DNA of 33,760 bases. It comes from Acidimicrobiia bacterium. GTDB taxonomy: Bacteria; Actinomycetota; Acidimicrobiia; Spongiisociales; JAENVV01. The position numbers were made by a program, and so were the translations under genes. The notes beneath the pieces were generated by a model. The model ran no database searches, was not told the DNA's origin, and saw only the letters and a program-made list of their open reading frames with translations. This document shows, piece after piece, positions 1 to 9,262 of this stretch; position 1 is the first letter of the stretch; the number at the start of each line of letters is the position of its first letter. Location of the stretch: positions 1-33,760 of the forward strand of contig JBFGJH010000036.1 of the NCBI GenBank assembly GCA_041577335.1, read 5' to 3'.

Positions 1-458
1 CCGGCGTGCTTCGCGACCTCCCTGCGCGCGGCCGGGTCCTCAGGCATCGGTACGGGGCGCGAGCGTGGAAGTTCGGTTTGGTCGGTGCCACCGGTATGGC
101 GGTCAATACCGCCGCCGTGGCGGCGGCTGCAGACGGCGCCGGACTCCACTACCTCGCCGCCGTGATCTTTGGGACGCAAGTATCCACAGTGTGGAACTTC
201 CTGTTTACCGACCGGTGGGTCTTTGGTGACAGGTGGGAAGCAAGCGCGAGGTGGCGGCGGTTCGGCAATTTCTGGGCCGTCAACAACGGAGCTCTGGTAC
301 TCCGCACTCCCCTCGTCGCCGTGCTCACGAGCGGGCTGGGCGTCCACTATCTCATCTCGAACCTGGTGTCGCTCATCCTCATCTTCATCATGCGCTACGT
401 GGCCAGCGAGGCGTGGATTTGGCGGCTCGACCCTGGTCGCGCCGACGCCCGAAGCTAG
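1..458 (+). CDS. GtrA-family membrane domain (5'-partial; possibly the C-terminus of a GT2/polyprenol-phosphate glycosyltransferase-GtrA fusion)
   Basis: Frame is open from the window edge. KFGLVGATGMAVN, STVWNFLFTDRWVF, RFGNFWAVN and GVHYLISNLVSL are typical of the four-helix GtrA family. Confidence 0.8.
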   Translation, partial: GVLRDLPARGRVLRHRYGARAWKFGLVGATGMAVNTAAVAAAADGAGLHYLAAVIFGTQVSTVWNFLFTDRWVFGDRWEASARWRRFGNFWAVNNGALVLRTPLVAVLTSGLGVHYLISNLVSLILIFIMRYVASEAWIWRLDPGRADARS

Positions 459-466
459 GTGAGGAT

Positions 467-3292
467 ATGACCACACTTTCACGGCGTCCCATCGGATCCA
501 TGGTTGTGGCGTTCGCATTCGTGGCGGCGCTCGTCGGAGCCTCTACAGTGGCAGAAGCCGGCGGCCGCCAGGATGTGCGGGCGCCAAACGCCCCGGCGGA
601 CCTGCAGGCCGTGGCCGTCAGCGCCAACGAGGTCGCCCTCGCCTGGTCACCACCGGCAAATCGCGGCGTCACCGCATACACGATCCGCCGCGGCGGCCAG
701 CTCCTCACGACTGTCACCCCAGACACGCTCATGCTGAGCGACACGGACCTCGCGTCGGCAAAGGAGTACGTCTATACGGTCGACGCGCTGTACCGGGCCG
801 AACGTCTGCCGGGAGCCTCGACAGAGGTCGTGGTCAAGACCCCAGGCCTCCCCAGTCGCCCTGACACCTCCGCTCCAACCTCTCCGGAGGGGCTGACGGT
901 GACCCCTATTGCCGACGGCATGCTGCTCGACTGGTATGACGCGATCGACGACACGGATATCACTGCCTACCAGATCTACCGCGATGGCGAGCTGCTGGCC
1001 ACGGTCAACAGCGGGACGTTGAGCTACGTCGACATTACCGCGCCTTCGGGAAGCACAGTGGCCTACTCGATCGTCGCCCGCGACCCAGCCGCCAACGCGT
1101 CGACGGCCGCTACCGCTCACCGTCGAGTTCCGGCGCAAAGTCCCGATCTTGCGACGTTGGACGGACCTGGGCTGCTCGCGAAGGAGGCGTCCGAACGGAC
1201 CGAGTCGCACTTCAGCCTCGCGACCAGCCCGACAGTCCTGGCATCGGCCGGGTTCAATCCGGCGCTCCGCCGCTACCCGTATCTGACCGACCTGGTCGGC
1301 GGCAACGTGACAGTCAACTGGGCCACCGACCGCTCCAACACCAAAGCTACCGTGGCCTACGGTGAAGTCGGCGTCGAGTCGTGCACGGCGCGGCAGGTGC
1401 CCGCTACCAGGTCCGCTTTCACGGTCAATTCGGTGAAGCTCTACCAGTGGAAGGCGTCGCTTGCCCTTACCCCGGGCGCTCGGTATTGCTACCGGGTCTA
1501 CCTGGGAGGAGTCGACCTGCTCGGATCGGATCCTGCACCGATATTCTCGGCCCAGCTGCCTGCCGGCTCCACCGAGCCGTTTTCGTTCGCCGTGCTCGGC
1601 GATTGGGGCTCGGTAGGGGCGGATGGCAGCAATCCCGAACAAGCGCAAGTCATGCAACGGCTCGCGAATAGCGGTGCCCGGTTCGCCCTGACGACCGGAG
1701 ACAATGCCTACCCCTCGGGCAGCCATAACAACTATGGCGACCTGGTTGAGCGGGGTTCCGGCTTGAGCGCCGTGTTCGCCCCGGAGTTCTGGACCGTAGC
1801 CGGATCGTCGATTCCGATCTTCCCCGCTCTCGGCAACCACGGCTTCAGCAGCTCGTCGACGTTCCATCCCCACATGTTCACTTGGCCCCAGGATCATGCA
1901 GTCGCCACCTCAGGTGGCCGCTACCAGACGGAAACGCACTGTTGCCTGAACGGCACCCAGGCGGCGACCTATCCGAGCGCCTGGTACGCCTTCGACGCCG
2001 GTGTGGCCCGGTTCTACGTTCTCGAAGCGGCCTGGGCCGATTCGAACGTCGGCACAGCCGACAGCTTCAAGAACGACTACGACTACCACTGGACGCCGAC
2101 GAGCGCCCAGTATCAGTGGCTGCAGCACGACCTCGCCAGCAACGCGGCCCCACTCAAGTTCGCGTTCTTCCACTACCCGATGTACTCGGACAGCAAACAC
2201 GAGCACTCCGATCCCTACCTCCAGGGTGCAGGAAGCCTCGAGGGCCTGCTGAGCCGTTACAACGTCAACATTGCCTTCAATGGCCACGCCCACATGTACC
2301 AGCGCAACCTGGAACCTCACGCCGACAGCGTGGTGACCCAGCTAACCGGTGGCGGCGGCGCCAAGCTCGGCCCGATCGAAGCGTGTAGCCCATTCAATGC
2401 ATACGGCATCGGCTGGTCGTACTCGGCCAACGGTGGCACCGGTGGGGGAAGCGCCTGCGGCGCAGCCACGCGACCGACGGCCCCGGTCGAGGTCTTCCAT
2501 TTCCTCTTGGTGAGTGTGAACGGCCCCCAAGTGACGGTAACTCCGATCGACGCGACGGGCAGAAGTTTCGATGTGGTGACGTACGACTTTGGGACGCCGC
2601 CATCCCCGACGACGACCACCACGGTGCCGGAACCGCCGCCCACCACGACGACCACGGTGTCGGAACCGCCGCCCACCACGACCTCCACGACGACTACGAC
2701 CGTGCCCCCGCCACCGCCACCGGCACCGGCACCGGTCTTCGCCGATGGGTTCGAATCCGGAAACCTGGCCGCCTGGACAAGTAGTGCGGGGTTGATCGTC
2801 CAGAGTGACCTGGTGCGGAGCGGGAACTTTGCGGCACGTGGCAACACCACTACGGGCAACACGTTCGCCAAGAAGACGTTGCCCGCCACCTATAGCGACG
2901 GCTACGCCCGGACCTATTTCAACCTGTCGAGCTACTCAAGTCAGGTCAACCTCTTGCGCCTGCGGACCGCGGCCGACTCTTCGCTGGGTTATCTGTTCGT
3001 GACCACGTCGGGCAAGCTCGCCTTGCGCAATGATGTCATGGCCACAACAACCACGAGTGCCCAGGCAGTGACGGCCGGTTGGCATTCCCTCGAGTTGCGC
3101 ATGCTCATCAACGGGCCCACCAGCCTCACCGAAGTGTGGCTCGACGGCGTCAAAGTGAATGACCTGTCGCTATCCACCAACCTTGGAAGCACACCGATCG
3201 GTCGCCTGCAGATCGGCGAAGTTCAGTCGGGTAGGACCTACAACGTCGCATTCGACGATGTGGTCTTCGACGGTACACCTATCGGTCCATAG
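467..3292 (+). CDS. Secreted multidomain metallophosphoesterase: signal peptide, two FN3-like domains, purple-acid-phosphatase-like catalytic region, Pro/Thr linker, C-terminal beta-sandwich (LamG/ConA-like) domain
   Basis: ATG at 467 after GGTGAGGA (the ORF-track start at 233 overlaps the upstream gene). Hydrophobic N-terminus ending AEA. FN3 motifs (W..P, Y.I.R.G, Y.Y.V.A). PAP ligand motifs GDWG, GDNAY, GNHG, FFH and GHAH. Tail begins VFADGFESG and ends FDDVVFD. Confidence 0.88.
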   Translation: MTTLSRRPIGSMVVAFAFVAALVGASTVAEAGGRQDVRAPNAPADLQAVAVSANEVALAWSPPANRGVTAYTIRRGGQLLTTVTPDTLMLSDTDLASAKEYVYTVDALYRAERLPGASTEVVVKTPGLPSRPDTSAPTSPEGLTVTPIADGMLLDWYDAIDDTDITAYQIYRDGELLATVNSGTLSYVDITAPSGSTVAYSIVARDPAANASTAATAHRRVPAQSPDLATLDGPGLLAKEASERTESHFSLATSPTVLASAGFNPALRRYPYLTDLVGGNVTVNWATDRSNTKATVAYGEVGVESCTARQVPATRSAFTVNSVKLYQWKASLALTPGARYCYRVYLGGVDLLGSDPAPIFSAQLPAGSTEPFSFAVLGDWGSVGADGSNPEQAQVMQRLANSGARFALTTGDNAYPSGSHNNYGDLVERGSGLSAVFAPEFWTVAGSSIPIFPALGNHGFSSSSTFHPHMFTWPQDHAVATSGGRYQTETHCCLNGTQAATYPSAWYAFDAGVARFYVLEAAWADSNVGTADSFKNDYDYHWTPTSAQYQWLQHDLASNAAPLKFAFFHYPMYSDSKHEHSDPYLQGAGSLEGLLSRYNVNIAFNGHAHMYQRNLEPHADSVVTQLTGGGGAKLGPIEACSPFNAYGIGWSYSANGGTGGGSACGAATRPTAPVEVFHFLLVSVNGPQVTVTPIDATGRSFDVVTYDFGTPPSPTTTTTVPEPPPTTTTTVSEPPPTTTSTTTTTVPPPPPPAPAPVFADGFESGNLAAWTSSAGLIVQSDLVRSGNFAARGNTTTGNTFAKKTLPATYSDGYARTYFNLSSYSSQVNLLRLRTAADSSLGYLFVTTSGKLALRNDVMATTTTSAQAVTAGWHSLELRMLINGPTSLTEVWLDGVKVNDLSLSTNLGSTPIGRLQIGEVQSGRTYNVAFDDVVFDGTPIGP
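2606..2734 (+). repeat. Coding tandem repeat (33-bp units) encoding a Pro/Thr linker
   Basis: PTTTTTVPEPP (2606-2638), PTTTTTVSEPP (2639-2671), then degenerate PTTTSTTTTTVPPPPPPAPAP. Confidence 0.9.
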
Positions 3293-5125
3293 GTGACCAA
3301 GATGATGCGGACGCTCGGCCGCGAGCCGGTCACGGTGACGCCCACCGCGCAGAGTGACGCCGTGGGATCTCCTGCCGGGAGTACCATCGACATCCCATCC
3401 AACGTGGCCACCCCTGCCGCAACAAGCACAGGTACGGACGTGACTGACCCCTCGACGACGCCGGCGGAAGTAGCGAGACGTGATGCCCCCGGGATGGGGG
3501 TTCGCATCATGCCGTCGTTCGGGCCAGCAGTCGAGGGGCAAAGTCGCCGCTGGTTGGTCGTGTCGATGGTGGCTCTCATCGTTATCGTCGCGGCTGCGCT
3601 CCGGCTTGTTGGGGTCTCGAATCCAGGCTTCAACAGCGACGAAGCTGTCTACGCAGGTCAGGGAGCCGCGTTAGTGGGCGAGGCGCCATACGACGAGTTC
3701 TTCTCGCTCTTCCGCGCCCACCCTCTCCTCCTCCAGCTCACCGTTGGCGGCCTGTTCAAGATCGTCGGGGTGAGCGACGCCGCCGCCCGGATGCTCGTGG
3801 CCGGCCTCTTTGGGGTGGGATCCGTCATACTCACCTACCTCCTCGCGGCCGAGCTCTTCTCGCGGCGGATCGGCCTCATCGCAGCGGCGCTGCTCGCCAC
3901 ACTGCCGTATCACGTCCTGGTCACGCGCCAGGTGCTCGTCGACGTGCCCATGGCCTTCTTCACGCTGCTGGCACTCTGGCTGCTGGTCGTCGGCATTCGC
4001 CGTGAGTCCCAATCGACGCTGGTCCTGGCAGCACTCGCCGCCGGTCTCGCCGCGCTCTCGAAGGAAGTGGCCGGACTGCTCGTATTCGTCGGCGGCGCCT
4101 ACCTCGTGCTCACTGGGACCTGGCGGGCGATCAAAGCCCCAACATTGGTGCTTGGGGGCGCCCTATACGCACTCGCGCTGGCCCCGTTTCCGATCAGCCG
4201 CATGATCGGACCTACAGCCAATGCATCCAGTTTCGTCATCTGGCAGTTCGCACGTGCCGCCAACCACGGGCAGGACTACTTCGCCCGGATCCTGCTCCAG
4301 TTCGCAGGAGCCGCATTCCTGGCATTGGCGATCACTGGGCTGGTCACAATGCTGGCACGCCGCCAGCGCGCCGACCTGTTTGTGCTCGTGTGGCTTGGCG
4401 TGTTCATGGGCTTCTTCCAGCTCTGGCCCACGAAGCTGTACTTCTACCTCGTCGTGGTGGTACCCGCACTCGCCATCGCAGCTGCGATCGGAGCGGTCAC
4501 TTTGGTACGCGGCCTCGGGAGAGCGGTGCGCAGCTTGGCGGCGCCCGCAGCAGCGACGGCGGCGCTCGGCGCGATCGTTATCGCTGTCGCCTCCTTCGGG
4601 GCGGTGATCTCGTGGCAGACATCCGCCTCGGCCTCCGCCCAGCCGACCGGGATCGGCGACTTCGACATCGAGGTGCAAAGCTTCGTAGGCGGCCGGGAGT
4701 TCGGCGAGTGGGCCCGCGAGAACACTCCCGAGGGCAGCAGGTTCATCACGATGGGTCCTTCGATCGGTAACGTCCTCCGTTTCTATGGCCACCGCGATTC
4801 CTACGCCTTGAGCGTCAGCGCCAATCCGCAACAACGCAACCCGGCATACGTGCCCATCCCCAATCCCGATCTGGCGGTACGGCAGATGGCCGTGCATTAT
4901 CTCGTGTGGGACGCCTACACCGCCGACCGATCACCGTTCTACTCCCAGCGGCTTCTACGGCTGGCCCTGCGGTACGGCGCCACCGCGATCTACTCGGTGT
5001 GGGTCGACGGCAACAGGGTGGTCGAATCGGCCGGGCCGCCGCCGCCGACGGCGGACGTCCGGGTGATCGTCTACGACGTCCCTGGCGGCAACCCCCTCAG
5101 GACACCTGTAGGCAGCTCGGGGTGA
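3293..5125 (+). CDS. GT-C fold membrane glycosyltransferase (ArnT/PMT_2, GT39/GT83-like)
   Basis: About 11-12 hydrophobic segments. FNSDEAVY acidic DE motif after TM1 (3638-3643), HPLL, AARML, ALSKE. Soluble C-terminal extracytoplasmic domain. The exact start is uncertain. Confidence 0.85.
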   Translation: MTKMMRTLGREPVTVTPTAQSDAVGSPAGSTIDIPSNVATPAATSTGTDVTDPSTTPAEVARRDAPGMGVRIMPSFGPAVEGQSRRWLVVSMVALIVIVAAALRLVGVSNPGFNSDEAVYAGQGAALVGEAPYDEFFSLFRAHPLLLQLTVGGLFKIVGVSDAAARMLVAGLFGVGSVILTYLLAAELFSRRIGLIAAALLATLPYHVLVTRQVLVDVPMAFFTLLALWLLVVGIRRESQSTLVLAALAAGLAALSKEVAGLLVFVGGAYLVLTGTWRAIKAPTLVLGGALYALALAPFPISRMIGPTANASSFVIWQFARAANHGQDYFARILLQFAGAAFLALAITGLVTMLARRQRADLFVLVWLGVFMGFFQLWPTKLYFYLVVVVPALAIAAAIGAVTLVRGLGRAVRSLAAPAAATAALGAIVIAVASFGAVISWQTSASASAQPTGIGDFDIEVQSFVGGREFGEWARENTPEGSRFITMGPSIGNVLRFYGHRDSYALSVSANPQQRNPAYVPIPNPDLAVRQMAVHYLVWDAYTADRSPFYSQRLLRLALRYGATAIYSVWVDGNRVVESAGPPPPTADVRVIVYDVPGGNPLRTPVGSSG

Positions 5126-6549
5126 GCTACCGCCGCGTGATCGTGGGCACCCTCGGAGCAGCGGGGCTGGTAGCAACTACTGCGCTGGCGAGCGGAGCCG
5201 CGCCAGCGCCAGCGCCAGCGCAGTATTCCGGGATCGAGCATGTCGTTGTCGTCATCGAACAGAACCACACTTTCGACTCGTATTTTGCCGGATATCCGGG
5301 TGCACGGGGGTTCCTCTCGGAAGGCGCAGTTCCCCACCTCCCGGATGGGCTCGGCGGGACAGTCACGCCCTTGCTGTACGGGTCGGACGACCCGCCGGCC
5401 GGCCCGCAAACTGCTGAGCAGGCCGAATTGTTATCCAACGGTCCGGAGGCAGCCCGGGACGCCTTCAACGGCGGAATGATGAACGGATTCGTTTCGGCGC
5501 AGCAAACGCGCGGGCGAGAAGCCGATCTCGTGCTCACGTACCACAGCGAGGAGACGGCACCGTTGTTGTGGGATCTCGCATCGGAGTCTGTGCTCTTCGA
5601 CAACTACTACGCATCGACAATGGGCGGGAGCCTCCCCAACATGCTCAACCTGCTCACCGGCGACTCTCAAGGACTGGAGGTGGAGACCAAGGCCACCCTC
5701 GCCGAGCTGGCGGACTCGGAATTCGAAACGCTGTTTGATGTGCTCACCGAGCAGGAGATCTCCTGGAAGTTCTACGTGGGGCAGTTAGGAGGCACGAGCG
5801 GCGAAGCCGTCGTCTCCCGGCGCTACACGCAGCCCGACGTTCCCACCCCGGCGGCCATGTATTGGGCACCCATCATGGCCATGCCTCGCTTCTGGATCGA
5901 CCCGCTGCTCGCACCGGGCCTGGCCAACCAGGAGGAGTTCTTCGCAGATGCAGCCAGCGGGAATCTGCCGACGGTGAGCTTCGTCCTTCCCCTGCCGACC
6001 GACCACCCGACAACCAGTCCGGAGGTCAGCCACCCACGCCTCCGTAGCATCCTCAACGCAATCGTGAAGAGCCCAAGTTGGGAGAACACCGCCACATTCG
6101 TCGTTTGGGATGACTGGGGAGGCTTCTACGACCACGTTCCCCCGCCGGACGGGCTTGGATTCCGCGTCCCCGCTCTCCTCGTTTCGCCCTTTGCCCGCAG
6201 CGGGCACGTGTCCCACGTCCAACACGAACACAGGTCCGTGCTCGGTTTCATCGTGGACCGGTTCGGGCTGCCCGACTTCTCGACGGCCCAGGCTGGTACC
6301 GCAGACTTCGACGAGGCGTTCGATTTCGATAAACCCCCACGACCGGGGCCCCTGTTCGCGTCCAACCTGCTGCCGGCCACACCCGTCGGGGCTGACAACG
6401 TGAATCGTGTCACCCTGTTGCTGTATCTGGCTGCCTTGGCGGCCGTGGCGACTGCCGCGGCGGTCTTGATCCGTCGGCGTCGGTCGGCGCCCGAGCCCTC
6501 ATCCCTCCTGTCGAGCGATGCCGGGTCCGGGGATGTTCAGAGCCGCTGA
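5122..6549 (+). CDS. Phosphoesterase family protein (AcpA acid phosphatase/phospholipase C-like), secreted, with C-terminal membrane anchor
   Basis: GTG overlaps the upstream TGA (GTGA). Signal peptide, then [63 protein letters not shown]-terminal TM helix followed by RRRR. Confidence 0.88.
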   Translation: MSYRRVIVGTLGAAGLVATTALASGAAPAPAPAQYSGIEHVVVVIEQNHTFDSYFAGYPGARGFLSEGAVPHLPDGLGGTVTPLLYGSDDPPAGPQTAEQAELLSNGPEAARDAFNGGMMNGFVSAQQTRGREADLVLTYHSEETAPLLWDLASESVLFDNYYASTMGGSLPNMLNLLTGDSQGLEVETKATLAELADSEFETLFDVLTEQEISWKFYVGQLGGTSGEAVVSRRYTQPDVPTPAAMYWAPIMAMPRFWIDPLLAPGLANQEEFFADAASGNLPTVSFVLPLPTDHPTTSPEVSHPRLRSILNAIVKSPSWENTATFVVWDDWGGFYDHVPPPDGLGFRVPALLVSPFARSGHVSHVQHEHRSVLGFIVDRFGLPDFSTAQAGTADFDEAFDFDKPPRPGPLFASNLLPATPVGADNVNRVTLLLYLAALAAVATAAAVLIRRRRSAPEPSSLLSSDAGSGDVQSR

Positions 6550-6692
6550 GCAACCCGCACGGCGAGGAGCGGCTCGGGTCTTCGTGAAGGCGGGATCGGG
6601 GCTCAGGAAGACCGTTGAGCCTCGGTTGTCATGCCGTCGCACTCGGAACTCGATGACCGCGACGTGGAAAGAACCCGCGACGTCAGCGTCGG

Positions 6693-7569
6693 CTACCGAA
6701 TCCTCGGGGTCCGGCAATCGATGCGCTTCGGTGATAGCGGTAGATAGGGTCGCAGCTCTTGGACGAGAAACCCGCCACCACCGTTGGCGACGAGCGCGTA
6801 GGCGCAGTGGGTTTAGGGTGGCGTTGATTCGTCCCCCCCCACAGCAGGGCAACACAGCAAAGAGGGAACCGTCGTTCTCTTCGAATTCGACGAGGAACTG
6901 GTACACGAAGTCGTCGTTGCTGTCGTGCAACGTGACCGTCGCCGGGCGCATACATGCGAAGCCGTTGACGGTGCAGGCGTTCCGCAATAGGGCCGCCCTT
7001 TCCGCCGGTTCGAGAACGGGGTTGAACTCGACCGGGGTGTCGTAGCTGCCGCCGTACAGTTCGGCCGCCTCGACATACCTGCCTTCGTGCAGATAGGAGA
7101 AGAAGGCCAAGAGCGTTTCCCGGGCCGCTCCTTCGTCCGTCGCGGCGTTCTCGACGTCGCAGGCCACGATCTCACCGGCGATCCAGCCGCTCTGCCACGG
7201 CCCCACGTCGGTGCGGGCGATGGTGAGCCCGTCGTCCGAAACCAGGATCCACGTGTCACCCTCGAGAATCCTCGGGATACCGCTCATGGAGAACGTGGAC
7301 GCGACCGCCAGGACTGCCTCCTCCGGCGTTGCATGACCGGCGAATTCGGGAGCCGGGTCGCCGTGGCCCACGATCCGTACTTCGCTTTCGCAGTCGAGCC
7401 CGTCGGGCGACGGAGTCGCAGGAGCGGTGGTCAGGGTTCCCGTTGTCGGAGGGGCCGCCAAGTCGTCAGCCGGGGGGCCGACGTTGGAGTCTCCGCAGGC
7501 TGCCCCGAGGGCCACGAGGGCGAGAGCGACCACTAATAGTGGGCCATATCCGCTACGTGAGAATCTCAT
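6693..7569 (-). pseudogene. Lipoprotein gene with a frameshift in a G8 tract and an in-frame stop near the 3' end
   Basis: ATG at 7569 after AAGGAGG; lipobox LGAAC. After PCCG the called ORF turns Arg-rich and overlaps the convergent gene. Removing one G at 6833-6840 gives GGDESTPP*THCAYALVANGGGGFLVQELRPYLP..., ending at TAG 6693-6695. Confidence 0.65.
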
Positions 7570-7643
7570 TGCGCTGTCCTCCTTCTCGCGTCGCTGGCGA
7601 ATCAGAATCGGAGTCACGTGTTACGGCTCACGGTCGCTCCTTT

Positions 7644-7670
7644 GACGCCAGACAAGGCACGGCACGTTCC
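7644..7670 (-). promoter_or_regulatory. Possible ECF-sigma promoter of the lipoprotein gene
   Basis: Minus strand GGAAC-N18-CGTC, about 75 bp upstream of ATG 7569; resembles actinobacterial ECF promoters. Confidence 0.35.
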
Positions 7671-7891
7671 CGAGCCAGTGAAAGTTGCAGGTGACGGTGC
7701 GCGGACTCGCCTCGCCGGCGACTGGAGCGTGGCCACGTCGCCGAGCGAAGGTCGGGGGCCCCCGACAGAAAGCCGGCGGGGCGTCCCAATCGCGTTCGTC
7801 ATGAGCCACTGGCATCGCCTTCCAGCCAGATGCCGACAGAGGGCACGGTCGCCAGGGCGCATGTTCGATTCATCTCCGTAGGCTGTGGGTT

Positions 7892-9037
7892 GTGGCTTCG
7901 CTGATCGATCGTCGGCCGCCGGGCTGGCTGGCCGCGCTGTTCCGGGCGCCGGCCGCGCTATTTCGCCGGCGGTTGGGATGGCTGTTCGGAGGGCGGTTGT
8001 TGATGTTGAGCCATGTGGGTCGCCGCACCGGACACGAGCACACAACTGTTCTCGAAGTGATCCTCCATGAGGGGGATCCGCCGACGTGGTACGTGGCGGC
8101 AGCGTGGGGCGATCGGTCCGACTGGTACCGCAACCTGATGCAGAACCCGCGCGTCACGGTCATCGTGGGCAGCGATCGGTATCGGGTCGTCGCCAGCGTG
8201 CTGGACACCGATGAGGCGGCCACAGTGCACAGTGAGTATGTGCGACAGCATCCATGGGCGGCCCGCATCATTGGGCGCATGCTCGGCATCGATTTGCGGC
8301 GCACCGATCCGCGGATGTTGGCCGACCGAATACCGCTGGTCGCCCTCACCGCCGAACGCGCCGAGGGCCCACGGGAGGCGGCCGTCGCCCCGGTACCGAA
8401 CCCCCGAGCCGAAACCCAAGCGACCTACGACCGTATCGCATCGTTCTACGAAGTGATGGCGGGTTTCTGGGAGCGGCGGGCTCGAGAGGCCGGGCTCCAA
8501 GCTCTGAAGCCCCGCCCGGGAGAGTCGGTGTTCGAGATCGGGTGTGGTCCCGGATACACGCTCGTCGAACTGGCCCGGGCGGTGGGGCCGGAGGGGACGG
8601 TGGTAGGTGTGGATCTCGCATTCAACATGTGCAAATTGGCCAGCCGGCGCCTGGAACGGCGGGCGGTTCCAGGCACAGGAGCAATCGTGCAAGGCGACGC
8701 CGTCCAGATGCCGATGGTGAGCGGCGCGTTTGACGCGGGATTCATGAGCTTCACGCTCGAGTTGTTCGACACCGCCGAGATCCCGACCGTGCTGGCGGAA
8801 TGTCGGAGGTTGTTGCGACCCGGGGGCAGACTGGCGGTTGTTGCGCTCAGCAAAGAGTCTCCGGCTCCCGCCATGCAGCGGGCCTATGAGTGGGGGCACA
8901 GCCACTACCCTCGCCTCCTCGACTGCCGCCCGATCCCCGTCGAGCGCACGCTGATCGATGCCGGCTTCGTGATCGCAGGGCACCGGAAACTGTCGCTCTG
9001 GGGCCTTCCCGTGATGGTGGTCGTCGGCGGCACCTGA
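7892..9037 (+). CDS. Fusion of a deazaflavin (F420)-dependent nitroreductase-family (DDN) domain and a class I SAM-dependent methyltransferase (UbiE-like)
   Basis: N-terminal LMLSHVGRRTG..HTTVLE and WGDRSDWYRNLMQNPRVTV (DDN). C-terminal VFEIGCGPG, VVGVDLA, VQGDA, FDAGFMSFTLE, RLLRPGGRL (methyltransferase). TAGGCT lies 7 nt before the GTG. Confidence 0.85.
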   Translation: MASLIDRRPPGWLAALFRAPAALFRRRLGWLFGGRLLMLSHVGRRTGHEHTTVLEVILHEGDPPTWYVAAAWGDRSDWYRNLMQNPRVTVIVGSDRYRVVASVLDTDEAATVHSEYVRQHPWAARIIGRMLGIDLRRTDPRMLADRIPLVALTAERAEGPREAAVAPVPNPRAETQATYDRIASFYEVMAGFWERRAREAGLQALKPRPGESVFEIGCGPGYTLVELARAVGPEGTVVGVDLAFNMCKLASRRLERRAVPGTGAIVQGDAVQMPMVSGAFDAGFMSFTLELFDTAEIPTVLAECRRLLRPGGRLAVVALSKESPAPAMQRAYEWGHSHYPRLLDCRPIPVERTLIDAGFVIAGHRKLSLWGLPVMVVVGGT

Positions 9038-9262
9038 TCGGCGGCAGTGCTGATCAGGTGCCGAACATCTGCCCACCCGGCTCGACAACCGGGCCACGGT
9101 TCGGATGTCAAAGCAATCCGAGCTTCACGCATTGGAATCAATACTCCGCCGCAATGAAGTCGATGCCTGGTTTCTCCGTTTCTCCGCTCCTCCCCTGCCT
9201 GATCAGCCAAGCAACTGTTCAGAGCATGTGTCGCCCGGGAGACCGTCTGGGTGGCCGTCGGG

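Noticed and set aside
233..466. N-terminal 78 aa of the 1019-aa ORF
   Set aside because: It overlaps the GtrA gene in another frame; the RBS and signal peptide point to ATG 467.
2606..2734. Tandem repeat as a CRISPR array
   Set aside because: In-frame coding repeat with no unique spacers and no cas genes.
4906..5121. N-terminal extension of the 547-aa ORF
   Set aside because: Arg-rich out-of-frame read of the GT-C 3' end; the signal peptide starts at GTG 5122.
5199..5221. (GCGCCA)n hexamer repeat as a phase-variation tract
   Set aside because: The unit is a multiple of 3 and only encodes a short Ala-Pro spacer.
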